The notes beneath the pieces are model-generated. The model saw only the letters and a program-made list of their open reading frames with translations, was not told the DNA's origin and did no database searches. Below, in pieces: positions 39,261 through 48,456 of a stretch of DNA of 64,000 nucleotides (within the stretch, counting starts at the first letter, position 1; each line of letters starts with the position of its first letter). A program made the translations under genes and the position numbers. The DNA comes from an uncultured Spirochaetota bacterium. GTDB lineage: Bacteria; Spirochaetota; Spirochaetia; SZUA-6; Fen-1364. The stretch is from assembly GCA_963845535.1 (NCBI GenBank), contig CAWJSK010000012.1:768001-832000 (forward strand), written 5' to 3'.

Positions 39261-39693
39261 CCCCGCTTCCCTTCTGGCAGTCGCACGTGCCGCCGCAGCC
39301 GCAGGTGGATTCTTCCGCGGAGGCCGCGGCGGACGCGGGATCCGCGTGAGCGTGCCCGCCCGTGGAGCAGGCGCCGCCGCAGCCGCATTCGGTCTCTGGC
39401 GCCGGGTTGGGGTTTGCAATGCTGAACCCGCCGTTCACGGGGTCCTCGATCCAGTCCACCGTGGACCCATCCATGTAGGAAAGGCTCTGCGGATCAACGA
39501 CGACTCGAATGCCGTTTACGTCAAAAATTTTGTCATCCTGCTCAGGCGCCCTGTCCTCGATCCCCATCCCGTAACGGAACCCTGAGCACCCGAGGCCGGC
39601 CACCCAGACCCTGAGCATGGCCTCAGGCTTGCCCTGTTCTCCCAAGATGTTCACGAGCTGCCCTGCTGCCTTGTCTGATACCATGATCGGCAT
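39244..39693 (-). CDS. HesB/IscA family Fe-S assembly protein with Cys/His-rich tail
   Basis: GCSGFRY, VDPQS and GFSIANPN...CGCG motifs; RBS AAGGAGG. Confidence 0.9.
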   Translation of the reverse strand: MPIMVSDKAAGQLVNILGEQGKPEAMLRVWVAGLGCSGFRYGMGIEDRAPEQDDKIFDVNGIRVVVDPQSLSYMDGSTVDWIEDPVNGGFSIANPNPAPETECGCGGACSTGGHAHADPASAAASAEESTCGCGGTCDCQKGSGATELV

Positions 39694-39886
39694 TGTCCAT
39701 GCCTCCTTGTCGTCCTGACGAGTATAGTCATATTGATATAAAGAGAAACGCGCGCCAAGTCAAGATCGGCGCGTCAAGCCGTCAAGCCATCGGCGCGTCA
39801 ACAGATCGCCGGCTCAAGCGGCACCGGCCGCCTCGCGGCCGGTCACCTTGGCCTGCGCCGCGTCCTTCTGATACACTCATCGGCAC

Positions 39887-40975
39887 ATGAGCACATTGGA
39901 TGAGGCGCTCGCGCTTGTCCGCGGGACCGTCAGGAGCATGAACGCGTACGTTCCTGGGCTCCAACCATCTCCGGGACAACGCCTGGTCAAGCTCAACACG
40001 AACGAGAACCCCTACCCCCCGTCCCCGAAGGTGCTGGAAGCGTTGCGCTCGGCAATCGACGGCTCGCTTCGTCTTTACCCCAGTCCGGACGCGGCGGCCC
40101 TTCGGGGCCTTGCCGCAAAGAGATACGGCCTTGCCGCAGAGCAGGTGATGTGCGGAAACGGATCGGATGAGATCCTCGCCCTGATCATGCGCGCCTTCGT
40201 GGATGAAGGGGACACGGTGGGTTTTTTCCAGCCCTCCTACTCCCTGTATCCCGTGCTGGCAACCATGGCGCGGGCGCGCACTGTCACCGTGCCGCTTCCC
40301 CGCGTGGGCCGTGAGGAGGAGATTCTCCGGCTTCCCGTGCCGTCCCCTCGCGCAAAGGTATTCTTTCTCACCACTCCCAACTCGCCGTACGGGTATGCTT
40401 TTCCCCCCGAGTGGACGGGCAAGCTCCTGGGTTCCTTTCATGGAATCGTCGTCGCGGATGAGGCGTACGCGGATTTTGCCGAGCACTCGAGCCTTCCGCT
40501 CCTGGCAGGGAATCCCCGGCTTCTCATCGTGCGCTCCATGTCGAAGTCCTCCTCCCTCGCCGGCATGCGCGTGGGGTTCGTCTTCGGGCATGAGGTCATG
40601 ATCGGCCAGATCATGAAGGTTAAAGACAGCTACAACGTGAGCCGGCTTGCCCAGGTTGCCGCGTGCGCGGCGCTGGAGGACGAACGGTACGCCAGTGAGA
40701 CGCGCAATCGGATCGTCTCCACTCGGGAGAGGTTGACGGAAAGCCTTCGAGCCATGGGCTTCACCGTCATGCCGTCCCGCGCGAACTTCGTCTTTGCGGC
40801 CACCGCGGACGGCGGCAACGCGCGCTCCCTCTACGAAGGGCTTCTCCGGCGGGGTTTTCTGGTGCGCCATTTCGCAGCGGACGGCCTTTCTGACGGCCTT
40901 CGCATAAGCGTCGGAACCGACGAAGAGACCGATGCTCTGTGTGATTCCATTCGGGGGGAGATGCATGGCGGTTAG
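39887..40975 (+). CDS. hisC: Histidinol-phosphate aminotransferase
   Basis: KLNTNENPYPP, GNGSDE, PNSP, DEAY and RSMSK...LAGMRVG motifs. Confidence 0.92.
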   Translation: MSTLDEALALVRGTVRSMNAYVPGLQPSPGQRLVKLNTNENPYPPSPKVLEALRSAIDGSLRLYPSPDAAALRGLAAKRYGLAAEQVMCGNGSDEILALIMRAFVDEGDTVGFFQPSYSLYPVLATMARARTVTVPLPRVGREEEILRLPVPSPRAKVFFLTTPNSPYGYAFPPEWTGKLLGSFHGIVVADEAYADFAEHSSLPLLAGNPRLLIVRSMSKSSSLAGMRVGFVFGHEVMIGQIMKVKDSYNVSRLAQVAACAALEDERYASETRNRIVSTRERLTESLRAMGFTVMPSRANFVFAATADGGNARSLYEGLLRRGFLVRHFAADGLSDGLRISVGTDEETDALCDSIRGEMHGG

Positions 40976-42155
40976 CAGCAAAATCCTGGGCATGATGGAG
41001 ACCGCCTCCTGGATCAGGAGGATGTTCGAAGCGGGCAACGCGCTGCGGGCGCAATACGGGGCGGACAGGGTGTGCGACTTCAGCCTCGGGAACCCCGACG
41101 TGGAGCCGCCCGCAAGGTTTCAGGCCGCCCTGCGGGAGGTTGTCGAGGCAAGCGTTCCGCTGAAGCACGGCTACATGCCCAACGCCGGTTACCCTGAGAC
41201 CCGGGCCCGGGTTGCGGAGGTGGTCCGCCGGGAGCAGGGAGTCGAGCTTGACGCAGCGCACGTGGTCATGTCGTGCGGGGCAAGCGGCGGCCTGAACAGC
41301 GCGCTCAAGGCCATCTTGAACCCCGGCGACGAAGTGTTGGCCACCACGCCGTGTTTCATGGAATACGCATCGTACGTGGACAATCACGGCGGCAGGCTCG
41401 TCCTTGCGCCGTCTGCCCCCGACTTCGATCTGGACGTAGCTGCCCTCGAGAGCAAGATCGGCCCGCGCACCGCCGCCGTTCTCGTGAACTCCCCGAACAA
41501 CCCGACCGGACGCATCTATCCCCGGCAGACGCTGGAGAAGCTTGCCAACATGCTCAGCGCGGCGGGAAGGAAGACCGGCAGGACCATCTATCTCATTGCG
41601 GATGAGCCGTACCGCAAGCTCGCGTATGACGGGGAGGAGGTCCCGGGGATCATGAGCGTGTACCCCCACTCCATCGTCGTCACCTCCCACTCGAAGGACC
41701 TCTCGCTTCCCGGCGAGCGTATTGGCCACGTCGCGGTGAACCCGCAGGCTGATGACGCAAAAAGGCTTGTTGACGGCATCATCCTTTGCACGAGGATCCT
41801 GGGGTACGTGAACGCTCCGGCGCTGATGCAGCGAACGGTGGCGAAAATTCAGGGCTTGTCCGTGGATGTGGAGATCTACAAGAAGAAGCGGGACCTCTTC
41901 TGCTCCGCCCTGAGCTCCCTGGGCTACCAGTTCGCCACGCCGCAAGGGGCGTTCTACATTTTTCCTCGAGCGCCCGGCGGAGATGACCTGGTGTTCGTGA
42001 AAGCCCTTCAAGAGGAGCTGGTCCTGGTGGTCCCGGGAAGAGGGTTCAGCTTCCCCGGGTACTTCCGTATTGCCTACTGCGTGGATACGGCGGTCATCGA
42101 ACGGTCGTTTGCGGGCTTCGAGAAGGTGGCCCGGAAGCTGGGGGTGCAACCATGA
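40965..42155 (+). CDS. PLP-dependent aminotransferase class I/II (aspartate aminotransferase-like)
   Basis: SWIRRMFE, DFSLGNP, NSPNNPTG, DEPY and SHSKDLSLPGERIG motifs. Confidence 0.92.
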   Translation: MAVSSKILGMMETASWIRRMFEAGNALRAQYGADRVCDFSLGNPDVEPPARFQAALREVVEASVPLKHGYMPNAGYPETRARVAEVVRREQGVELDAAHVVMSCGASGGLNSALKAILNPGDEVLATTPCFMEYASYVDNHGGRLVLAPSAPDFDLDVAALESKIGPRTAAVLVNSPNNPTGRIYPRQTLEKLANMLSAAGRKTGRTIYLIADEPYRKLAYDGEEVPGIMSVYPHSIVVTSHSKDLSLPGERIGHVAVNPQADDAKRLVDGIILCTRILGYVNAPALMQRTVAKIQGLSVDVEIYKKKRDLFCSALSSLGYQFATPQGAFYIFPRAPGGDDLVFVKALQEELVLVVPGRGFSFPGYFRIAYCVDTAVIERSFAGFEKVARKLGVQP

Positions 42156-43096
42156 GAAGAACGGCTTGTGCCGTCGTGCTGTGCGCGCTCGTGGCCGCAG
42201 GGCTTTCAGCGCAGGGGACTCCGTCGTTCCGCGCGGGCACGCCGCAGCCGGCCGCCCCGACGCGCTCCGCCATGAGCATTCCCCAGGCGCTGATCCTCGG
42301 GATCGTGGAAGGGCTGACTGAATACCTTCCCGTCAGCTCCACTGGCCACCTCAACGTGGTGCAGAGCCTCCTCGGCCTGTGGGCCACGCCGGAGGAGAAA
42401 AGCGCCTCCGACGCCTACGCAATCTGCATCCAGGCGGGGGCCATCATCGCCGTGTTCCTGATCTTCTTCGGGAGGATCAAGGGCATGGTGCGGGGCATCG
42501 TGGGACGGGACCGGGAGGGACTGAGGCTGTTCGGCAACGTGGTCGTCGCGTTCATTCCAGCCGCGCTCATCGGGCTCGTCCTCGAGGACGCCATCAAGCA
42601 ATACCTGTACGGCATCTGGCCCGTTGTCGGCGCGTGGCTGGTCGGCGGAGTCTTCATCCTCGTGGTCATGACGCGCACAGCCGGCCAGAAGGGACTCGGC
42701 ATGGAAGCCTTGACGTGGAGGACCGCGGTGCTGATCGGGCTGGCCCAGGTGCTGTCCCTGTGGCCTGGCGTGAGCCGGAGCCTGGTCACGATTGCCGGAG
42801 GCTTGTTCGTGGGTCTCTCCGTGTCGGCTGCCGTCGAGTTCAGCTTTCTCCTGGGCCTGGTCACCCTGGGCGCCGCCACCATCTATGAAGGGTTGAAGCT
42901 CGGCCACCTCATCATCAACACGTTCGGGTGGGCCTCACCGATCATCGGCCTTCTGGCGGCAGCGGTGTCCGCGTTCGTAGCCGTGCGGTGGATGGTGGGC
43001 TACCTGCGGACGCGGAGCCTCGCGGTTTTCGGCTGGTACAGGATCGCAATCGGCATCCTGGTGGCCGCGCTGGCGTTCGTGGGCGTCGTGCAGTAA
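42152..43096 (+). CDS. uppP: Undecaprenyl-diphosphate phosphatase
   Basis: GIVEGLTEYLPVSSTGH, IQAGA, PGVSRS, EFSFLL and FGWYR motifs. Confidence 0.93.
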   Translation: MRRTACAVVLCALVAAGLSAQGTPSFRAGTPQPAAPTRSAMSIPQALILGIVEGLTEYLPVSSTGHLNVVQSLLGLWATPEEKSASDAYAICIQAGAIIAVFLIFFGRIKGMVRGIVGRDREGLRLFGNVVVAFIPAALIGLVLEDAIKQYLYGIWPVVGAWLVGGVFILVVMTRTAGQKGLGMEALTWRTAVLIGLAQVLSLWPGVSRSLVTIAGGLFVGLSVSAAVEFSFLLGLVTLGAATIYEGLKLGHLIINTFGWASPIIGLLAAAVSAFVAVRWMVGYLRTRSLAVFGWYRIAIGILVAALAFVGVVQ

Positions 43097-43121
43097 CGGT
43101 CCAACCAGCGCAGCGAGCCCG

Positions 43122-43859
43122 TTACATCGTCAGGTTCGTGTGAGCAATCGCCCGCCGCGTGCAGCGCATCAACTCCCGCAGAGCGCCGGGGCCCAACCGG
43201 TCGCATGCCCAATTCCAATGGATCGAAACCACGTCTCCCGGACGCAGGTCATCCAGGTAACCCCGGCTATCGATCTGTCGGAGCACCCGGGCTGGCCCGG
43301 CCGGACCAAACCTCAGAGCTCCGGCCTCGATGACAAGCGGTGAGCGGCGAACAATCACTTCGGCCCCCTCCACCGCTTCGACGCTGCCCCAACTGATCCT
43401 GCACTGGTCCATGCGCTCGAGGGCTATGTTTGCGCGCGCGTCACGGAGAAGCCCGGCCCGGCGGTATATCTCGAAGACATGGAAATTGTGGTGAGGCCGC
43501 GCGCCGTCCTCCAGACCCGCGGTCATCCATGAAAGCTCGTGGTCTCCCATGCGGGGCCGAAACCTCTCCTTGAGGGATTCGTAGAACGGGGAGGCCTCCA
43601 CTCGTTCCAGATGACGGTTGCCAATCCAGTATGCTTCCACGACGCGCGCGTCGAAGGGATCCGAAAGCCCGCTCGCCTCGGCAATGAGGCGAAGGTACGG
43701 AAAGGCGCCCTCGAACTTCTGCGCAAGCTCGCGCAGACCCGCGTCAGTCTTGTCCTCCGTGAGGTAGCCGAAAAGGGCGCCGTGGTCGCTCGGGCCGCAG
43801 TACCCGAGGCGGTTCGGCGCAAACGCATAGCGGGCGAAGAGGAGAAGGCCGTCGTTCAT
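43122..43859 (-). CDS. DUF6390-like protein
   Basis: FARYAFAPNRLGYCGP, AFPYL, VVEAYWIGN, PHHNFHV, CRISWG and GDVVSIHW motifs. Confidence 0.75.
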   Translation of the reverse strand: MNDGLLLFARYAFAPNRLGYCGPSDHGALFGYLTEDKTDAGLRELAQKFEGAFPYLRLIAEASGLSDPFDARVVEAYWIGNRHLERVEASPFYESLKERFRPRMGDHELSWMTAGLEDGARPHHNFHVFEIYRRAGLLRDARANIALERMDQCRISWGSVEAVEGAEVIVRRSPLVIEAGALRFGPAGPARVLRQIDSRGYLDDLRPGDVVSIHWNWACDRLGPGALRELMRCTRRAIAHTNLTM

Positions 43860-44821
43860 GCGGCCGCCCCATTCGAAATCGCGCTGGCTTTCCTCATCTC
43901 CTGCCGGAACCCCAGGATGAAGATGGCAAGCACGGCAAGGAGCGCCAGGGAGAACCCGAGCCATCGGGCGGCGGGGATCCGGACGTTCCGCGACAAGGCG
44001 ACCAGAGCGGTTGTGATGATGGGGGAGCCGGCGGGTATGGCTGTGGTTGCCGTGGCCGAAGCCCACCGAAGGCCGAGCACCGAGGTGACGGTGAAGGCAA
44101 GAAGGATGAGGCCTGTGACGACAAGAAAGCTGATCTGCAGCAAGGAAAGCCGCGCAATCATCCCCGCGTGGCCGGACAGGCTGACAAGGAGGAAAAGCAG
44201 AAGGGACCCCGCGCCCATCTTGAACGTCATCACCGTGAGCGGCGCCACGGTGCGCAGAAGGATTTTCATTACGATGAAGTCCACGGCAAAGAGCAGCGTC
44301 GCGGCGGCAATGAACGGAACGCCGGCATCCAACCGCGCCGAGCTCGCGGCAACGCCGATGACCAGGCCCGCCAGCAGCACGACGAGCGCGGCCCAGATCG
44401 ATGCGCTCCAGCGCTCGCGGAGGAAGGCGGCGGCAAGCAAGGCGACAAAGAGAAACTGCGTGTGGTCGATCAGAGACGCTGTCACGGGGGTGGAGATCTC
44501 AAGGCCGCGGAAGTACAGAGCGTAGGAAACGCTCCCGCCAATAACGGCCACGACCCCCAGGAGAGCCCAGTCGCGGCCGCGCAACGCGCTGAAAACCCCG
44601 CGCCCGGAGGAAGCCATCGCAATCAGGAGCGCAACGCCCGTCACCAGATTCTTTCCCGCCGTGTAGAGGGTGGAGTCGCTGAACAGCTTGACTCCAATAC
44701 TGTTGACGTAGATGGCCACGCCGCTTATCACCATGTTCAGCGCGGCCAGGGAGTAGCCCAGGAGCGGTCCGCGTGAGCGCGCCACTGCAGTTCCTGGAGC
44801 GTGTTTGCCCGGATCACCCAC
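43856..44821 (-). CDS. DMT/EamA family transporter
   Basis: About 10 TM helices in two EamA-like repeats; FLRER motif. Confidence 0.85.
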   Translation of the reverse strand: MGDPGKHAPGTAVARSRGPLLGYSLAALNMVISGVAIYVNSIGVKLFSDSTLYTAGKNLVTGVALLIAMASSGRGVFSALRGRDWALLGVVAVIGGSVSYALYFRGLEISTPVTASLIDHTQFLFVALLAAAFLRERWSASIWAALVVLLAGLVIGVAASSARLDAGVPFIAAATLLFAVDFIVMKILLRTVAPLTVMTFKMGAGSLLLFLLVSLSGHAGMIARLSLLQISFLVVTGLILLAFTVTSVLGLRWASATATTAIPAGSPIITTALVALSRNVRIPAARWLGFSLALLAVLAIFILGFRQEMRKASAISNGAAA

Positions 44822-44869
44822 CGGAAGAAGATAACAAAATACGGGCGGGCGGAAGCTTCCTGACGGAGC

Positions 44870-45778
44870 TCAGCCGAACAGTCCCATGATCCTTTCTCGA
44901 AGCGCAACGTAGGCGCAGGGAGCCAGCACCAGGATTGCCCCGGCAATGGTCAGCGGCTGCATCGTTTCCCCAAAAACGAGGATGCCGAGGATGCCGTTGA
45001 CCACGGGGACCATGAAGGCGAGCAGGCTCCCTTCGGTGGCGGGGACGTCGCGATACGCCGTGGTCATCAGGAGCTGCGCCACCGTGGCCAGGATCCCGAT
45101 CCCCGCAAGCACGAGCCAGAGAGGGAGGGCAAAGGTAAATGAGCTGGTGGCGGTGGGATAGCCGATGATGATCACTCCGAACACGCACTGGGCAAGGTAG
45201 ATCATGTACGGGGAATCCGTTGTCTGGAGCTTGCGGATGGCAACCACGGCAACGGCCGAAAGCACGCCTCCCAGCAGCGCGAGAAGCTGGTAGAGGCCCA
45301 TGTGGCCGCCCGCTGCGCTGCCGGCCAGCGGGTTGACTACGAGCCAGATGCCGACGAACGACACGGCAACCGCCACGAAGACGTCGGGGTGCAGCTTTTC
45401 CCGGATGATGAGCGGGGCCAGCAGCGCGGCGAACACGGGATACGTGTAGCTGAGGATGGTGCCCATGCCGAGGCCGAGCTTCACCATCCCGAAGTACATG
45501 AGGTACACGGAGGCCGCGCCGAACACCCCCCTGCCAAGGAGCCAGAGCTTGTTCACCGGCTTCAGCTCTATTACCCTGAACAGCCCGAGCCCGCCAATGA
45601 CGAGGATCCCGGTGGTAAAGCGAACCGCCGTGACGATGGATGTATTGATGGAGCTGGTAAAGGGAACCAGGAGCGACATGGCGGAGAAAACGAGGCTGGA
45701 AGCCGCCATCACGACCATGCCGCGGGTATAGGAGCTTTTTGCGCCGGAAGCGCTTTTCAGAGCCTGCATGCTTTTCAT
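44870..45778 (-). CDS. DMT/EamA family transporter
   Basis: SYTYPVF, IIREK, QLLMTTAY and FGE motifs; about 10 TM helices; start uncertain. Confidence 0.85.
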   Translation of the reverse strand: MKSMQALKSASGAKSSYTRGMVVMAASSLVFSAMSLLVPFTSSINTSIVTAVRFTTGILVIGGLGLFRVIELKPVNKLWLLGRGVFGAASVYLMYFGMVKLGLGMGTILSYTYPVFAALLAPLIIREKLHPDVFVAVAVSFVGIWLVVNPLAGSAAGGHMGLYQLLALLGGVLSAVAVVAIRKLQTTDSPYMIYLAQCVFGVIIIGYPTATSSFTFALPLWLVLAGIGILATVAQLLMTTAYRDVPATEGSLLAFMVPVVNGILGILVFGETMQPLTIAGAILVLAPCAYVALRERIMGLFG

Positions 45779-45791
45779 GGGACGGTGAACG

Positions 45792-47108
45792 CTACTTTCT
45801 CTGCTGCCGCTCGATGTAGTGGCGCTCTGTGCTGCCGACGTAGACCTGGCGTGGCCGCATGATGCGGAAATCCTGGCTGTGATACATCTCGCGCCAGTGG
45901 GCGAGCCACCCAGGCGTCCGCCCGATGGCGAACAGGACCGTGAACATGTCGTACGGTATGCCCGTGGCGCGCAGGATGAGGCCCGAGTAGAAGTCCACGT
46001 TGGGGTAGAGGTTGCGGGAAACAAAGTAGTCATCCTTCAGCGCAATCTCTTCCAGGCGAAGGGCTATATCGAAAAGAGGATCATCCATTCCTGGCTTTCT
46101 CAGGAGCCGATGGCATGCTTCCTTGAGGATCTTCGCGCGCGGGTCGAAGTTCTTGTACACCCGGTGGCCAAACCCCATGAGACGGTCCGGCGTGTTCCTG
46201 TCCTTGGCCCTGGCTACGAACTCCGTGCCGTCTCCGCCCTCGCTTCGGATTCTCTCCAGCATGCTGATGACCCCCTGGTTCGCGCCGCCATGGCGCGGCC
46301 CCCAGAGAGCGGAGATCCCCGCTGAAATGACGGCGTAGACGTTGGCGAGGCTGGAGCCGGTGAGGCGGACCGTCGATGTGCTGCAGTTCTGCTCATGGTC
46401 CGCGTGGAGGATGAGGAAAAGGTCGATGGCGCGCACCATGTCGTCATCCAGCCGTGAGTCTTTCACGGGAGACGAGAACATCATGTTCAGGAAGTTCGGG
46501 ACGTAGCGCAACCGGTAGGACGGATACACGATGGGCTCGCCGATGGATTTCTTATAGGAAATCGCGGCAATTGTCCGCACCTGTGAGATGAGGTTGGCAA
46601 GGATCTGGCGCTCCGACCGTTCGTCCAGAACCTCGGGGATGGGATAGAAGGTGGAAAGGGAGGCGACCGTGGTAGCAAGGATCCCCATGGGGTGTGAGCC
46701 GCGCGGGAACCCCACGAAGAAATGCAGCATGTCCTCATGGATCAGGGAGGATTCGTTGAGGAACGTGGAGAACTCCTCCAACTCCCTGATGGTGGGAAGC
46801 TCGCCGTAGAGAAGGAGGTAGGCAACCTCGGTGAACGTCGATTTCTCCGCGAGCTCTTCGATGGGATAGCCGCGGTAGCGAAGGATGCCCTTCTCACCGT
46901 CGATGAACGTTATGGCGCTCCGACAGGAGCCGGTGTTCTCGTACCCTGTGTCGAGTGTGATGTAACCGGTGGTCTTGCGAAGGCCCGAGACGTCGATGGC
47001 CCTCTCCCCTTCGGTGCCGCGCACAATGGGCAGCTCGTACTGCCTCCCCTCCAACGTCAGGAGGGCGGTTTCCGGCTTCCTCGTCGGCTCTTTGCGTGCT
47101 TCGGCCAT
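45792..47108 (-). CDS. gltA: Citrate synthase
   Basis: GILRYRGYPI, LHADHEQNCST, GPRHGGAN, GFGHRVYK and YPNVDFYSG motifs. Confidence 0.97.
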   Translation of the reverse strand: MAEARKEPTRKPETALLTLEGRQYELPIVRGTEGERAIDVSGLRKTTGYITLDTGYENTGSCRSAITFIDGEKGILRYRGYPIEELAEKSTFTEVAYLLLYGELPTIRELEEFSTFLNESSLIHEDMLHFFVGFPRGSHPMGILATTVASLSTFYPIPEVLDERSERQILANLISQVRTIAAISYKKSIGEPIVYPSYRLRYVPNFLNMMFSSPVKDSRLDDDMVRAIDLFLILHADHEQNCSTSTVRLTGSSLANVYAVISAGISALWGPRHGGANQGVISMLERIRSEGGDGTEFVARAKDRNTPDRLMGFGHRVYKNFDPRAKILKEACHRLLRKPGMDDPLFDIALRLEEIALKDDYFVSRNLYPNVDFYSGLILRATGIPYDMFTVLFAIGRTPGWLAHWREMYHSQDFRIMRPRQVYVGSTERHYIERQQRK

Positions 47109-47151
47109 CTTTCACCTCGTAGGGGTATGGAGATGGAAAGGGCCGAAAAAG

Positions 47152-48456
47152 TCAACGGCGCGCGGCTTGCGCGGGCAGGGTTTGAGCGCCGCGAGCGGTT
47201 GCTCGCGGGATGCCCGTGTCCCGGGCGCCTGCAAGCAGCTCGAGGGCTTTCTTCAGTTGCGCGTCAGCGCTTGCATCCAAGGACTTACGCGTCATCCCCT
47301 CCAGGTCAGCCGGAGAAAGGAGCGCGCCATTCGGCGGCAGATCGACGCGCACGTCGGGGACAATGCCTTTGTGCCAGATGGTGCGGCCTTTTGGCGTCAA
47401 CCATTCCCGCACGGCAAGGAGGAGAGATGAACCGTCGGAAAGAGGAAAACCCTCGAGCACCGTGCCGGTTCCGAAAGTGGTCTCTCCGACGAGCTTTGCG
47501 CGGCGCGCATCCTGGAGGGCGCCGGCCACGATCTCAGCTCCGCTGGCCGTTCCCTCGTCGATCAGGACGATCAAGGGGAGGGTCGGCGCCACGCCGCCGC
47601 GCTGGACCCGATCCGCTTCGATCCTTCCTTTTGCGTCCTTTTCCAGCACCACGTCGCCGCCGGCCAGGAACTGGCTTGCGACTCCAATGGCTTCTTGAAG
47701 CTCGCCACCGGGATCGTTTCGCAGGTCAAGAATGACGCCGTGGAGCTTCATCCTTTCCACCTGCTGGAGCGCGTCCCTGAGCTGGCCCGTGACGCCTCTG
47801 CTGAAAGCGGAGACCCGTATGTCAGCAAACGGGGAGCCCGGCAGGGGTTTCCATGACACGTTGTCCACGCGTATTCGCTCACGCCGCAGGGGGACCTCCG
47901 ACGTCGCGCCGGAGGCCGGATCGAAGATGCTCAGCACCACGGTGGTCTGCGCCGGACCCACAATAAGGCTGACGACCTCATTGAGGCCGAGGCCCTCGAC
48001 GGACCTGCCGTTCACCTTGAGGATCTGCTCTCCGGCGCGCAGGCCGGCGCGCAAGGCAGGAGACCCGTCCAGAGGCGCAACCACCACCACGTTGTCGTTT
48101 TTCTGCGTGATCTCCAGTCCCACGCCCACGTATTCCCCCTGCATCAGGGAGCGTTCCTCGTCCACCATTTTCGGCGTGAGATACGTGCTGTGGCCCGTGT
48201 CTCCGAGTGAGTCCACCATGCCGGTGATGGCTCCCGCGGTGAGCGGCCCGCTGGCAAGAGCGGAGCGGTCCACGTACTCATGGTTGATGAGGTCCCATGC
48301 CTGGCGGATGAGCGGGAAGTCGGGTCCCGAATGCTGGAGGACCGGGTCGGCAGGCCGTCGGGAAACGCGCAGGGCGCGGTCAGCGGCAAACCCCGCCAGA
48401 AAGGAAATTGCCGCCGCCCCCGCAAGGATTGCGGCAGGAAACCTTCCCTTCCACAT
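47152..48456 (-). CDS. S41 family C-terminal processing protease with PDZ domain
   Basis: DTGHSTY, GVGLEI (PDZ), LDLRNDPGG, TASGAE and GETTFG motifs. Confidence 0.9.
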   Translation of the reverse strand: MWKGRFPAAILAGAAAISFLAGFAADRALRVSRRPADPVLQHSGPDFPLIRQAWDLINHEYVDRSALASGPLTAGAITGMVDSLGDTGHSTYLTPKMVDEERSLMQGEYVGVGLEITQKNDNVVVVAPLDGSPALRAGLRAGEQILKVNGRSVEGLGLNEVVSLIVGPAQTTVVLSIFDPASGATSEVPLRRERIRVDNVSWKPLPGSPFADIRVSAFSRGVTGQLRDALQQVERMKLHGVILDLRNDPGGELQEAIGVASQFLAGGDVVLEKDAKGRIEADRVQRGGVAPTLPLIVLIDEGTASGAEIVAGALQDARRAKLVGETTFGTGTVLEGFPLSDGSSLLLAVREWLTPKGRTIWHKGIVPDVRVDLPPNGALLSPADLEGMTRKSLDASADAQLKKALELLAGARDTGIPRATARGAQTLPAQAARR

